From Octopus sinensis (Eukaryota), in the NCBI RefSeq assembly GCF_006345805.1, contig NC_043004.1, forward strand, positions 90,520,001-90,584,000: a DNA stretch of 64,000 bases, read 5' to 3'. Shown one piece after another: positions 35,684 through 50,632 of this stretch (the stretch's first letter is position 1; every line of letters begins with the position of its first letter). A program made the position numbers and the translations under genes. Below the pieces are notes generated by a model that saw only the letters and a list, made by a program, of their open reading frames with translations, ran no database searches and was not told the DNA's origin.

Positions 35684-37833
35684 TATATATACATATATAT
35701 ACATATACATAATATGGATACAAAAGCTAATTCTATATAACATATAGAATAATTCTTTCTTATCACTTCTACATATAGTTCTTTAGACTGTCAGTCTGTC
35801 CAAGTCTTTGAGAACAACTGATTGTGGTGGGGAGGGAGAGAAAACATCTTGTTTTTGATAAAATTTAAAAAATAACAAAGATATTTTTTTTTTCATTTCA
35901 GAGTTGAAAATTATTGAAATATAAATGTTTTCCCCTATACAGCATTCATAATACTTAGCAAATATAGAGGTATGTTGGTGTAATCCCTTAAAAGCTGTTA
36001 AAATATGGACACTATGAAAAGTTTTGGCATCCTCTGTGATTTTTTGGCAAGAATTAGCCTGCTACCAAAATGCCAATTACATGTCAATGAAACCAGAAAT
36101 GACTGGTTGGAAAGAAACTGTCTTTTGAATGTAGCTTGGCTAGTTTGAGCCTGTTTCAATGCTAAAGGGTTTCTAGTTTTGTAAAATTAGAAATAGGCTG
36201 GTTGTTAGTTTAGGTCTATTCTAAATCTGAATTTTAGATACACACACAGACATACATACACATATAAACGTACATGTAATACATATTCATGTACACACAC
36301 ACACACACATGTATATAATACTTACACATTTATACACACCTACCTACACATATATTTATAATGCATTACTTAGTAGAAATGTATTTAAAATATAATTTCT
36401 AATCTTGTTAAAATAGAAATAAGTTTTAAAATATTATTCAGTATCTGTTTTCAGCCTAAATATTTGATGTTGTCAACATTGAGATAATGACTCTTGTTAT
36501 TATTTTTAAATTAAATATCAGCTATTCAGATTTTATATATACAATAGTTATTGTTAGTATTCTAGAAAGTTCTTTTAGTTTTGTTGTTAATCTTAGTTTT
36601 CCTTATCTTTTTTTTTTTTTTGGCAGGGGGTTCTTATTACCTCTGTGTTCCTCTGTGTTACTTCCATGTTACAAGAATTTTGGTTATCTATTTTGTATAT
36701 ATGATATTTTATTTATACATATCTGAAATTTTTACAACTACTACTATAGTAATAATGTTTTCTGACATAGACATTGGGCCAATCATTTTGGAGGAATGAA
36801 CTGTTGATTAAATTAACCCCAGTATTTAACTGGTACTTCAGTAATAAATATCAATGCTGTAGCAAGGTGACTCATAGAAGAAGCAAGTGGCATGGTTTTG
36901 GCTCTGGGCAAGCAGAGAACACAAGGTGGGTTTCAATCCTCACTTGAAGCAAAGTCCCTTCATTTACACTGCTATACTCTTGAGAAAGTGTGAATTCCAC
37001 AACATTCCATTTTCTCACCAAAATAGGGTCATGTACCGATAGATAAAAAGGGACTTGATGGTATTGTTTTATAATATTGGCACCAGGCCAAAACTTCAAG
37101 GGAACATTTGGTTAAATTGACTCCAGTACTTGAAGTATAGTAACAGTGGATGTGAGTGAAGGGATGTCTCTGGAAAAATTAGTGGAATGTGTTGGAAGAA
37201 CTGATGCAATCATTCTGTTTATTCAGCATTTCTTTTCTGGTTGTGTTGATAAATTATAAGCAGGGGTTTTAGCTAATGAATAGCATGTTTGTGTAAATAG
37301 GTAGCTAAAACTTTGTGTATGATACAGTAAAACAATAAAAACGCAGTAACGTAAAAAAACTGGGAAATCTCCCAAATGAGCAAATTGATCTTAGCATGTC
37401 ATGGTTATGGGTTTATTTTATAAATCCTTGAAAGTTAATCACCATGCTGCAAAGCTTGCAGCAAACAGATAAACATACTTTTGCTGAATTCAAAAATGGT
37501 AGGAAGAAAGAATAAATATATATATATATAAATAAATAAACACACACACACATATGTGCATGCATATATAAACTCACATATGCACACACACACACAGATA
37601 TAAATATTAGTTTTCTCATAAACTGTTGTTGGTGGATATTTGAAAATGTTATTCCATGGCTTCTAAAAGTTGAAGTCTAGAGCCAAGTAAAAAAAAGGGG
37701 GGGGATAAATTTAGATTACTGAACATATTAAACTTGTACATGATTTCTCTCCATGCCTTTCCCCCCTCTTGAGCCATGCAATCTTGAGATGATATGTGAA
37801 ATATATGTATGTGTTTGTGTGTGTATGTATATA

Positions 37834-39048
37834 TTGGGTCATCCCACAAATAATGTGGGGTTTTTTTGTACTTCTTTTATTTTTCAAAGTTAAGATAAAG
37901 TACTTTTTTAATCTAAAATATACTCTCCTTCATTTTCTACAATACTCTTCCATCTATCTGGTAGACTTGCAAGGCCCCTCTTCCAAAATTCACTTGTCCA
38001 TAACAAAAAATACTCCTACAGTACTGTTCTGACTTCATCTACAGAATTCAATTGTTTTTCTTCCAAATTATTTTGAAGACTGCAGAATAAATGATAATCA
38101 GGTGGGGCAATGTCCAGCGAATATGGTGGGTGGGCATTGTTTACCATTCAAACTGCTCCAGGCTTTGGAATGTCATCCTCATATGTGGCTGAGCATTATC
38201 TTGAAACCAAAGATGGTCGTTTTTCTTCTGGCACTAACTTAAGCCGCTCAAGTTGCTTGCAGTAGATCTCCTTTGGTATTGTTTGATTTGGGCTTAAAAG
38301 TTCAAAGTGGACTAAACCTTTCATATCCCACCAAACAGATAACACCTTACATGGGTGAAGAACTCCTTTAGCCTGGAGTGCCAGTATTTCGCCTTTCCTT
38401 ACCCACTGTCTTCGGTGCTTGACATTTTTATAGAGAACTCATTTCTCATCACTATTCAGTCCAAAAAAGGTTCATTTGTAAGACATGACAGCAGAGAAGG
38501 GCACACATTCACTATCTGTGTGCATTTAGACTTGGACAGTTTGTGAAGAAGCCATTGACATAATTTGCCTACTTTTCCAATGGCATGCAGGTGTTGACGA
38601 ATGGTTGAAGGATCAAATCCAAGCTTCTCTGCTAGCTCCTCAACAGTTACAATGGGACTTCCACCAGGGTTTGCAGGATGAAACTTGTCTTCTAGGCTGT
38701 AGTTTCCAGCTCGGAATTTCTGGAATCACCGTTGACACTGGCTTACGCTTATTGTCCGATCCCCATATACTGCATTAATATTCCTTGCACTTTCTGTTGT
38801 GTTGATGCCTTAATCGAACTCATAAAGCAAAATATGCCGAATACGCTCCTTTGTCACATCCATTATAGCTTTGAAAAAAATAACTGTTAAAATCGAACTG
38901 CACTCTTCAAAACTTGCACTAAGAATAAGTTCATGGTAAAATTACTACCTGCTTTTATAGCAAGCTGATGCAGGTAGTTTATCTCATCCCCCTCTGACTT
39001 TTAGATCATGCAATTGAAAAAAAACGCATTATTTAAGGGATGACCCAA
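37834..39048 (-). mobile_element. Near full-length decayed mariner (Hsmar1/cecropia-like)
   Basis: TA TSDs; TIR TTGGGTCATCCC..AAATAATG; pseudogene 38863 to 37908 reads MDVTKERIRHILLYEF...FQKFRAGNYSLED...HPPYSLDIAPPDYH...LPDRWKSIVENEGEYILD with stops. Confidence 0.92.
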
Positions 39049-39301
39049 TACACTTGTGTTTGTATGTATTTCATCTAGTTTTGTTTTGGTTTTTGATTCT
39101 TCATATTTGAAAAAAATAGCATTTGCTATTTGTTTATTTATTGCAGCATTCATACAATTCTGTTTTCAAAAATTTAGAATTTTGATTCTTTTCCTTCCTT
39201 GATTAATTATTTTAATTTTCTGTTGACATTTTTTTTACTAAAGACAAGCAAAAACAAACTGCAAAATTCATGTGTCGAAATGTATGTGTGTGTGTGTTTC
39301 T

Positions 39302-39346
<45 letters not shown>

Positions 39347-41600
39347 TCACATACATGTAACACAAACATACACATACACACACGTACATATATATCAAAA
39401 GGATATCAACAACCCAATATATATATACATACACACACACACACACACACACACAGACAGACATGCATGTTTGTAATTGATGTCACTTGAAAGATACCAT
39501 TATTCCAACTGTTTCTCACTGGCTCCTCTAATTTCTTGTAATATGAATTGCCATAAATTGCAGTCTGATATTTTTAAGTGTGAAATCAGAAGTCAACATA
39601 CTTGTCATGTATGAAACCTGAACCTTTTACTGACTGCTAGGAATCGGAGATTGGGATTTTTGCCTCCTTTTCAGGGTCCCCACCCCCACTCCTCACTGAT
39701 ATGTCTTTTTGGGGTTTTAAAAAAAAAAATTTTTTTTTTTTGTTTTTGCTAGTTTGGAATTTCAGATTATTAAATCTGCAATGTTTTCATAAACTGAAAT
39801 GTTATGGTGTGGGAAAATGGATCTGAAATTTGAATTAAGGGATCAAAATTCAATTTTTAAAGGAGTTGGGAGACATACAACAGCAGAGGACTTTTTGTTC
39901 GTTTGTTTTTTTTACAAATCCTTTATCTTTTAAATGTTAGCATCATGCAAGTTTCAAAAGAAAATGTAATGATGAGAGGAAGAGCTAGAGTTTTTTTTTT
40001 TTTTTTTATTGTTTCAAAATATGAAATAATTATTAGTTAAAATAACATTAAAAAAGGATGATGATGATTACAATGCTGAAAGAATGGAAAAAATATTTAA
40101 TACTTTAGCATTAATAAGCTCTAAATTTGTGTCAAATTTGTCTGTCTCTTCTCTACTGAACATTTCTATTACAATTCAAATAAGTTAGCGAGCTTAAATT
40201 ATAATTCCCCCACTCCCTCTCTGTTCAATTTGAGCTGGTGTACCTAAGTCATAAATCAATAATTTCTATAACAGTTATGGAATAGGTTGTAGTAATAATA
40301 ATGATAACAATTATTACTATTACTAATGTATTTTAGTAGTAACTTTTTTAAAAAATTATTTTAAATGATAATATGCTATAATAGTTTTAATGAAATAATA
40401 GTAAACTGGATGTCTCAATTTGAGATCATAATTTAAATTTGATTTGTAAAATATTCCTTATTGATTGAACTATACCTAACCAGCATCACCACCAACTCCT
40501 GCAGCAGAGCAACAGGATATTTTGTTTCTGAAATATTGTTTTTTTTTTTTTTTTTTTTTTTTTTTATTTTTTTACTTGTAATTCCAAACCGGAAAAGAAG
40601 GTGAAGGGTGGGGGAGAGAAGTATGGAAGTGTTTTAAAAATGATCAAAATTAGGATTGCTGTGCATAATGATGAATGTGTGCAACAGCCAACTTAACAAC
40701 ACTTGCTGTGCTGCACCACTTAACCACAAACCAGCCAGCCAGACAGTCAGCCCACCAGTACAGTACAGGTAGTTTACTGTTGAAATTAGTGATTGATGAA
40801 CTAATATATTAAGCTAACATACATATAAAATTATATTGTTGTTAATTGACTATATATCTCATTCAGTCTTACCTTTTATGGGGTGCTTGGGCGGGGCGGG
40901 GTTTACCCCTCCCTTGGGGCAAAACAACAGCATTACAATCAAGATACAAACTTGGTAATAGTAAGAAATAAATCATACACATACACAGGTGTATGTGTAA
41001 AGCTAGTGTTAATAATGTTAATTATTAACACATGATAAACCACTTTTGGAAATTTTGGATGGAAGTTGGGCAAGGTGTGTACATCAATCCCAGTGCTGAA
41101 CCAGTACTTGATTTCCTTGACTCTGAAGAGATGAAAGGCAAAGTCAGCTTCAATGGAATTTGAACTCAGATGATGAAGACAGGCAAAATGTCACTCAGCA
41201 TTTTGAACAGCTCACTAACAGTTTTAATAATAATAAGCCTGAACATTTGGATGAAGGGAACAGTCAGGTGTTTCAAACCTACTTTGATGAGATTTGAACT
41301 CAGAAACTAATGAGCCAGAGCAATTATCACAATACATTTTTCCTCATCCTCTAACAATTCTACCCTACTAATAGTAAAAATTTTCTGATTTAGGTGCAAG
41401 ACCAATTTTTAGGGGAAGGATCTAGCTGAAACCAACAACCCCCAGTACTAAACTGATATTTTATTGACCCTGAAGAATGAAGTTGAAGTTGGTCTTGACA
41501 GGCTTTGAACTCAGAACAAGCCAGAACAAATATCATATAGCATTTTTCCAACTCCCTAACAATCTCTGCCAGCTCTTTACAGCTTCAGTTACTCTCTCTT

Positions 41601-42023
41601 TCTCTTTTACTCTTTTACTTGTTTCAGTCATTTGACTACGGCCATGCTGGAGCACCGCCTTTAATAGAGCAACTCAACCCTGGGACTTATTCTTTTGTAA
41701 GCCCAGTACTTATTCTATCGGTCTCTTTTGCCGAACCGCTAAGTAATGGGGACATAAATACACCAGCATCGGTTGTCAAGCAATGCGAGGGGGCGGACAA
41801 ACACAGACACACAAACACACACATGCATAGATATATATATATATATATACGTATATATACGACGGGCTTCTTTTCAGTTTCCGTCTACCAAATCCACTCA
41901 CAAGGGTTTGGTCGGCCCGAGGCTATAGTAGAAGACAATTGCCCAAGGTGCCACGCAGTGGGACTGAACCCGGAACCATGTGGTTGGTAAACAAGCTACT
42001 TACCACACAGCCACTCCTGCGCC
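41601..42023 (-). mobile_element. SINE family A
   Basis: Full-length copy. Confidence 0.9.
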
Positions 42024-42910
42024 TATACTATTACTAATAGTAATTATAATGAAGAAATTAAAATTTTTCAGAATCCTATTAGGTTTGAGTATCAATTTGT
42101 GATGGAAAAGTGTGAACAATCCCACTGACATAATAAATGGGGTTTGTTTGCTGTTTTGCCTGCATTGGAATAAACAATAATAACAGTAATAAACATGGAA
42201 ATGAACTGTTACTCAAATATTTAGGATGTAAACTATTTACCCTCCTACACCAAGGCTATTATTAGTTAGACAATTGTTTTAATGTCTTGGGGGCTTTGGT
42301 ATGATGAGGAGTGTTCATCGACAGGAAGACAGCAGTATTGACCTGACCTGCAATTACAAAGGAATGGACTGAAAGAAGTTGTGACAATTTGTTTAGGAAG
42401 AACTGAATGAGCTTTAAATTTAAGGTTTCTGGACTTGCTTTGCTGATAGCCTTATCTTGACATCGATTCTGTAGTACTTACTCTTCTCACATACCCACAT
42501 GTATGTATATATAATGTTTATCTTTATATATAGTTGAGCAAGAGTTGTCAATATAGTCCAGTAGCAACATTTATTGCAAATTGATAGTAACATTCTGAAC
42601 AGTTATAGTTTCACAATGTAAAAACATACCTCCTTTATAGTTTATATTGAGTGTACATTTTCTTATGGACAACTGTCAATATAAATAAAATATGGGTGTT
42701 AAAATTATGATATAAAAAGACACTAGGTTTTTGCTCTGAATTCAAAAAAGGAAAAAAAGGCTTTTCTCAACATTTGGTATAATGTGCGTGTATGTGTATA
42801 TATATATATATATATAGTCAATAATAAAAGGGTAAAATTAATTAATTATTAATTAATTTTACCAAGTAGTGTTCAGTATGTAAAAAGACCATTTACGGTA
42901 TATTTAAAAC

Positions 42911-43165
42911 ATTACCTTATATAATTACGGTTCAGTAAAATAATTTACTTTACCACACACCGAACTTTTAGAAATAGCAGCCAAAAAATCTTAGCTATTT
43001 CCTCTACTTACCACACACTGAACTTTTAGAAATAGCAGCCAAAAAATCTTAGCTATTTCCTCCACTTAATAGAGGAAATAGCTAAGATTTTTGGGCTGCT
43101 ATTTCTAAAAGTTCGGTGTGTGGTAAAGTAAATTATTTTACTGAACCCTAATTATATAACGTAAT
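42911..43165. repeat. Long palindrome (arms about 95 bp) with an internal 58-bp tandem duplication
   Basis: TTACCACACACCGAACTTTTAGAAATAGCAGCC... occurs twice in tandem (42950-43065) and then inverted. Confidence 0.9.
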
Positions 43166-46100
43166 ATATATATAAATAAATAAAATGTATGTGTCTGTGT
43201 CTAAATATGATTTCACATTTCATGATTGTTTGAAAGCAGTTCACTGTCAGTTTCAACAAAGAGCTTGAATGAATCCACACACCTGAAACTCTGAGTTAAT
43301 CATTGACTTAACACAAATAACAAACCCAGTCATGTGTCAAGTTTTTGATACAACCTAGTTATTTATTAGTTATATAACCTGCAACTTAGTTATATATGAA
43401 AAATTAAATAAAACGATGGTGGGGGCACCATATTCTGTTTAGTGTATTCTGTAAATTTAAGAGCTTTCAATAAAATTGAAGTGTTAGGTTGGTTAATTGT
43501 AAGTCTTTCATGGAATCTCAGGGTTTCACTGACTGACATATACTGTCCCCAGATTCATGGGGCTAAGATAAATATATAAACCTGTACATTGCAGTGAATT
43601 GTAATTACCTTGTGGTTCTAACATAAAGTTAAGTGGCCTAGGCTGTCTTAAAATGGTGTTCAGAGCACAATCCAATGCTAAGACTCAGTCCTTCAGCCAA
43701 TTATCTACTTCCTTAACAATCTTTACAAAATTTTGCCCTGCCTTGTTGAAAATACTGCATTTTATTTGTGGTAAGGAGCACCAAACTAAATGTTTTACAG
43801 TATTTAGTTCTGCATGTTTACTTCTGTAGCTCAAATCTCTTGAAGGCATGGCAGTCAAAATAATTTATGCACTGCTATAGGAAGTAACCCAACAAACACC
43901 ATGCAGTTATATATATGGCTAATAACCATTTTTTTTCTAGATGTATGTTTAATCATATATATGCATAGTATTTGAGGTTTGTTAATGTGGTGGTAGTTCC
44001 TCTCTCCACCCCCACCCCACCCAATTTTATCTCTTTCTTAAGCTTTGTCTAACAAGGATACAGTACTTGTAAAATTCAATTTTCAGGGATTCTGGAAGGA
44101 GGCAGCATTTGATGAAACAGACATTTAAAACAAAATAATATATTTTTGTCAATTTACTCCATCACCAAATATAAGGTCAACTGTCTGAAAAATAACCTCA
44201 CTAACATCAATGCATTTCAGACAGATATTATATCAAGAATAAAAGTTTCATTATTCTATTGGTATCATTTAACCCAGGTTAATCTTGCACATTTATCACT
44301 AAAGGCTTTCTAGCCATGACAAGACAGTCTTTGGGGAGTATCCCAAAATAGTTTCTCTGTATGTTTTTTTTTATCTTTTTAAGATAGAGGTGTGTGATCT
44401 GAGGGAGAATTTGGTGCTTTAAGTAGCAAATTGGGCAGTCATGAAATTCCCTCTTTAACTTGTCATTTATCGATTTCATTAAACTGGCTACTGGAACATA
44501 CTGGACCTGACCCCACCCATGTGTTTGTGCTTTAAAATAGCTTACACATTTTTTTTTTCAAATTTTAACACAAACACTACAGTGAATGAGGGCTAAGCTG
44601 GTAGCATGGGACCAAAAGTTGATCTTTAACTGGTTCATATCAAAAGAAGGTTAATAACATTGCATAGTTTATGTGCTCCCACTTCCCCACCAAAAAGCAA
44701 AGTTGTTCTGATGTGTAAATTTCTCCCACTCACACAACTACATAACTGTATAGAGTGATCATGAAATTCTTTTAGTTCTTTTAAAGCTAAAAATATGTTT
44801 TGGTAGTTTTTTTGTTGCATGTCTAATGGCCACTAAAATTTGTATGAGACACAGCTATACATAGTTAAAGTGGTGCTAAATTTGGACAGTTATCACAAGA
44901 ATCCTACTAGCCAAGCTCCCTGTCCCTCACACACTTTTTTATATATAGCAAATTGTGTGTGTGTGTATAGTTTGACAGAATGATCCATGTATGTAAAACG
45001 TGTGTGTAAATATATATATATGTGGGGAACAATGTTTCTTTTAGACATGTATTGAATACACCCTTGTGTTCCAGTTTTATCTTTTTTATCTTATAAAAAT
45101 ATAGAAAAATAAAGTATAAAAAAACTTTGATAAGCTGAAAATAGGATGCAGTTGCAGAGTCAGTACAATATACATACACACACGTGTGTGTGTGTGTGAT
45201 TGAGAGAGAGAGAGAGAGATGCTGTATAAATAATTTATTGTATTGATCCATTTAGTTGAGGAGGTTGACACCTCTCACTTGCAATGTCTTATTGGTCCAG
45301 ACAGAAAATTCTTGAACACATACATAAATACACATACACACACTGAAGCTTTTTCACCATAAATGTTGTTAGCGTTACCCTTGGAGGAGAATTAGGAAAG
45401 GTATATGCCAATAACAATAATATTACTACTCCTAGTAATCATAATTTCACTGATATATAGCATATATAATGCCTACAGTGTAAATGGAAGGGGTGAATTA
45501 TTATTAAGGTGGTAAGCTGGTAGAATCATTAATGAGTCAGATAAAATGCTTAGTGGCATTTCTTTTAGCTCCTTATGTTCTGAGTTCAAATTCTACTGGG
45601 ATCAGCTTTGCCTTTCTTCCTCTCAGGTCATTAAAATGAATACCAGTTGAACACTGAGGTCGATATCATCGACTTAACCTCTCCTCCGAAATTGCTGGCC
45701 TTGTGCCAAAATTTGACTCCATTGTTAATATTAAGCACCAAGCTGGTAGAATCTAACTATTCTACCAGCATGCCAGGCGAAATGCTTAGCGGCATTTTGT
45801 CCCTCTTTGCATTCTGAGTTCAAATTCTGCCAAGGTCGACTTCGCCTTTCATCCTTTCGGGATTGATAAAATAATACCAGTTGAGTACTGGAGTCGCTGT
45901 ATTTGACTTGCCCCAACTCCTAAAATTGCTGGCCTTGTACCAAAATTTGAAACCATTATTAATATTATTATTATTATTATTATATACTTTTGCTATAGAT
46001 TATATACACACATTTCAGTTTAATCCCTTGTTCCGTATGGAGGACTTTGAGCAGGTCAGTGTATAGGTGGAAAATTAGACAGATGACATAGGGCTAAATA

Positions 46101-46636
46101 TGAACTTTGAACTTTCAAGAAATAAAGTCGACTAATCCACCAAGCCGAATCCTGACCTGTATATATTAATTAGTCTAACAACAACAACAACAATGATGAT
46201 GATGATGATAACAACTTGGTGTGTACTCTCTGTCTATTTTCACACACATACACATATTTATGACAATAAAACTGAAGGGAGAAAAATTCCCCTAAATTTG
46301 TTAACCTTTCATTTCTTGTCTTTTTTTTTTTTTTTCTTTTTCCATTTTCTGGTTTGTACTGAATAGTAGATCTGTTATCTTTCCCCACTTTTTGAAATTG
46401 AACAGTCTAGATAAAAACAACAAAGAAATATACCTTCCCCCTCCTCCCTGCAAAAAAATGATAAATTAAAACCAAAATTTTTTCAAATATATTTCTTGTA
46501 CCTCCCAAACATGTCCACCCCAACTCCACAGTTTCAGAAATAGCAGAGAAAAAAAAAACCAACAGCAAAAACAAAAAAAAAAACATTTTTAAGAATTAAG
46601 AAGCTGTGTGACTAACATATATACATACATACATAC

Positions 46637-46672
<36 letters not shown>

Positions 46673-46800
46673 ATACATCTATATATGTATAGAGAGAGAG
46701 AGAGATAAATTATTTCAAATTCTTCAATTTGATATTAATATTATTACTATTAATATTCTTTTTTTTTTTTCTATATAAATATATATAACAATTCTGAATG

Positions 46801-46806
46801 AATAAA
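46801..46806 (+). promoter_or_regulatory. Candidate distal poly(A) signal of FAK
   Basis: AATAAA followed by T- and GT-rich downstream tracts; other AATAAA sites exist, for example 34680 and about 43469. Confidence 0.35.
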
Positions 46807-46889
46807 AGTTAATTTTTTTATATTTGTCTTAACATTGTTGATTGAAATGGTTTAATACTGACTTGTTTGTTTTGCTTTTGATCTTTTGC

Positions 46890-47114
46890 ATTTCTTTAGC
46901 ATTTAAACTGGCTACACCTGGCCTATATATTTTACCTGTTTCATGTTCAAACTGGTCAGATCTGGCCTCTCACACCTACCCTACAATGTCATTCTAAAAA
47001 AAATACAGTCACATCATTAGAATCTTGAAGCTGTGAGAAAATGAATGATTAATTCAAAACAATATGACTAAATAGCATTACATTTGACAGAGTAACTCAA
47101 ATGCTAAGGAATTA
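46890..47114. mobile_element. piggyBac-like MITE; partial copy at 15403-15500
   Basis: CTTTAGCATT ... AATGCTAAGGAATTAA; the partial copy begins TTAACCCTTTAGCATT and is collinear. Confidence 0.65.
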
Positions 47115-48730
47115 AAACCACCATCTTTCAAAATATGCCATATAGTCATAGGTGATATATTACGTGGAATGTAATTTAAAAACAATATTTTAGTATAATA
47201 GATTCAGATGAAGAAGTTTGCTTTACAATTCTGTGACTTCTTGGAGTTTGGCTCCATCAGGCATCTTGAGCAAGTGTCTTCCATTTGCCCTAATATTACA
47301 AATGCCATGCAAAGGAATTTGGTAAACAGAAACTGCAGGAAGCCCATGTGTGCATTAGGAAGGGCAACCAACTGTAGAAACCATATCAAAGCAGACATTG
47401 GAGCTTGGTAAAATCCTTTGGCACGCCAGCATGGAAAAGGGACATGAAATGATCTGTGTGTGTTTGTATCCCCTTGTTTTGATGTGTGATAGTTGTGCCT
47501 GTTATGCAAGCTGTATCCTTCATTTCCAAAATATTGTGAAAAAATGTCTGGCCATAGAAAACCCGGCTTCACACCTAACTCAAGCAAGCATTGCAAAGTG
47601 GATTTGAAACAATGATGTGTGTGTGTGTGTGAAATGTTTCTTTTCCACACTTGTCACTGCTTGAAATCAATGGTGATGATGATGACATTCCTTGTTGATA
47701 GTATGAGTGGTTTCTCTGCAGTTTCAAAGGTGAGAAATAAAGAAATCGCATTTTTGAGAAACAGGTAAGGATTAACAGTAGAATAATTACCTAGTTGTAA
47801 AATCCTGCATCAAATAAGTCTGACCTAACTTATGCAATCACACAAAAATGGACATTAAAAATGAACGGGCAAAATATAAATTTCTCCAAAGATTCCATTA
47901 ATAAAGCAAGCACCAACAGTTTATATAAATTTAGCTCAAATAAAATTTATTTCTAGTTGATACAGAATTATAAAACACAGTTGTTAGTTAAAGTTGTGCA
48001 TTTTTAGGGATAAATTGTGCTCTTACAGCCACAGTTAAAACTTCATTTTGGTTGACATTAACTTATTATGTTACGAATATTTCTTTCTTAAATGAAATCC
48101 CTAAAAAACAAAGTTGAATCTTGATTTTTCAACTGTATATTTCCACTCTAGTATATGTATTTCTTTGTCTAAATGTATCATGGCATCCTCAACAAAAATA
48201 CCCATTACAATACGCATAGATCAATATTTTTGATAATCATTGCTGCTGATGATGGCTAAAGTTTTTATATTTTCACTCGTTTGTGGTGGGGAGAGAAAAG
48301 CATAAAAAAAATGAAACCGGATCAAAATTATTGGGTTGAAAAAATTAATTATATTTCAAGAATTGTCCTTTGGAATATAGATGGAGAGTAGAAAACAAAG
48401 ACAAGATAAAATATAGGAAGGGAAGTTAAGGTGAAATAGCCCATGTGTTGGTTACTTTATTGGTAGCCACTGAGTGGGCTAGTCAGGTCTGGTGTTCAAG
48501 GACATGGGAAAATGAAACAGTAGTGAGTTATTTATGTTAGTGTGGAAGAGTAGCTTTCTGTATGCATCATGTTTATGCATTCATGTGTTCACTGTGTCAT
48601 TTTTGATGTGGCATTTTCATGCTAAGCATCAACAAAATTTGGCCATGTGTATGTGGGAGTCATGTCCGTGTGTTATGGAATTTCTGTTGTTTTGAATATG
48701 TGTGTTGTACAAGTTTTCATTTAAGTATAA

Positions 48731-49091
48731 TGTAAGAGAACCATCCGAACGTGGCCGTTGCCAGCGCCTCCCCGACTGGCCTCCATGCCGGTGGCACGTA
48801 AAAGAACCATCCGATTGTGGCTGTTACCAGCCTCGTCCGGCCCCTGTGCCGGTGGCATATAAAAAGCACCATCCGATCGTGGCCATTTGCCAGCCTCGTC
48901 TGGCACCTGTGCAGGTGGCACATAAAAAGCACCCACTACACTCTCGGAGTGGTTGGCATTAGGAAGGGCATCCAGCTGTAGAAACACTGCCAGATCAGAC
49001 TGGGCCTGGCGCAGCCTTCTGGCTTTCCAGACCCCAGTTGAACCATCCAACCCATGCTAGCATGGAAAACGGACGTTAAACGATGATGATG
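48731..49091 (+). mobile_element. Retroposon family B
   Basis: Three units, core and tail. Confidence 0.85.
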
Positions 49092-50632
49092 TAAAATGTT
49101 GCTTCAGTATGTGTACATGAACATGTATGTATGTACATGTTGATGTACTTTGTGTGCTGTGTTTTCTATTCATACAATGAGGAAGATTGTTAACTAAGAT
49201 CAAAAGAACTGAATGCTTTGAGAGAATATAAACTGCTACTCTTAGCAAAATGTGGATTTCATGAGCTTGGTGTGTAAAAACCAAGCTAAACATGGACTGA
49301 GGTGTTGTGTTGAGTAATTCAGGAAATGGTCAAGAGGCAAATGTTTAGTTGCCTCAAAGATACTTTGTAAATAGGTTGTCCATATGGCAGCTAATTTATC
49401 CAATATGTAAGGAGTTGCAGAAGGAGCATTTGAGGAACTGATACTAGTGGAGGTACATCATTATCATCATCATTTAAAATCTGTTTTTCCATACTGTTAT
49501 GAACTGAACAGTTTGATTGAATTCAGCGAGGTGCATTGAGCTTCAGTGTCAGCTGTGGCATGGTTTCTATAGCCAGATGCCCTTCCTAATACCAGCCAAT
49601 TTATGGTGTGTACTGGGTGCTTTTTACATGCCACCAGCACTAGTGAAGCTGCCAAGTAACTTGCAATACAGAAAAAGAACAGGCAAAAAGGTAAAAAAGC
49701 ACCTACTACTAGGTGGTGGGGAGTATCTGAAAGGGGAAGATGGCTTTATGCTAAATGTTGAAAGATTAAAGTATGGTAGAAGGACAAGTGTATACAACAG
49801 AAATATGGAAGGTGTGGTAGTGGAGTTCATCCTTTAACATCCATATTCCATGCTGGCATGCGTTGGACAGTTTGATTAGAACTGGCAAGCCAAAGAACTG
49901 CTCCAGGTTCCAGTTTGATTTGGCTTGGTTTCTACAACTGGATGCCAATCATATAATGGTATTCATGAGAAATGGACAGGTGTCATAATAGGATTAAGCA
50001 CAAGGCAGGGATCTGGGTAGTGTATAGGGAGAGAGGAAGGAACTCTGGCCCAGTTAGTTACATAGGTTGTGAACATGTTTGAAGTAAAGTGGATTATGGG
50101 AAAGGTGGAGAGTAGCAGGAGGAGATGGAAATACTCAGGCTCTTAAGGCAGAGAGGTGAAGATGAGGAGTGGTAAGAGGAAATTGGAAGTAGGGTGGGTG
50201 CAAGGAGAAGTAGCAGAAGTGTTGGGCATAGGTAAGGGCAGCTTTGACTGGCATGGAGAATATCCATATCTAACAAAGAGAAGGCAATGTGCTAACAGGG
50301 TCCAATTTGTGGTTTTGGCTGCATAGAGTGTGAAGATGGAAGAACTGGGAGTAAGGGGTCGGTGAGTGGGATGAGAAAAGTCAGTGTAAGAATGGGACTT
50401 GGCATGATTATAGAAACATCAATGGGATGGATGTATGTATATAAATATATACATGTGTGCATGCACATATATATAGATGCACACACATAAAGAGGTTGAA
50501 AATGCTCTTGGAGTCTAAGATTTATTTACACTTTAAAGATTCCAAATGCATTTTCAGTTTCTTCTTTTTTTTTTTTTCTACTTCTACATGTTTGAAAATG
50601 TATGTGCATATATATATATATATATATATATG

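Noticed and set aside
48731-48935. Repeat-spacer appearance of family B units (constant hairpin plus variable linker), resembling a CRISPR array
   Set aside because: The linkers are homologous to one another, the arrays recur within a dispersed eukaryotic retroposon, and no cas genes are present.
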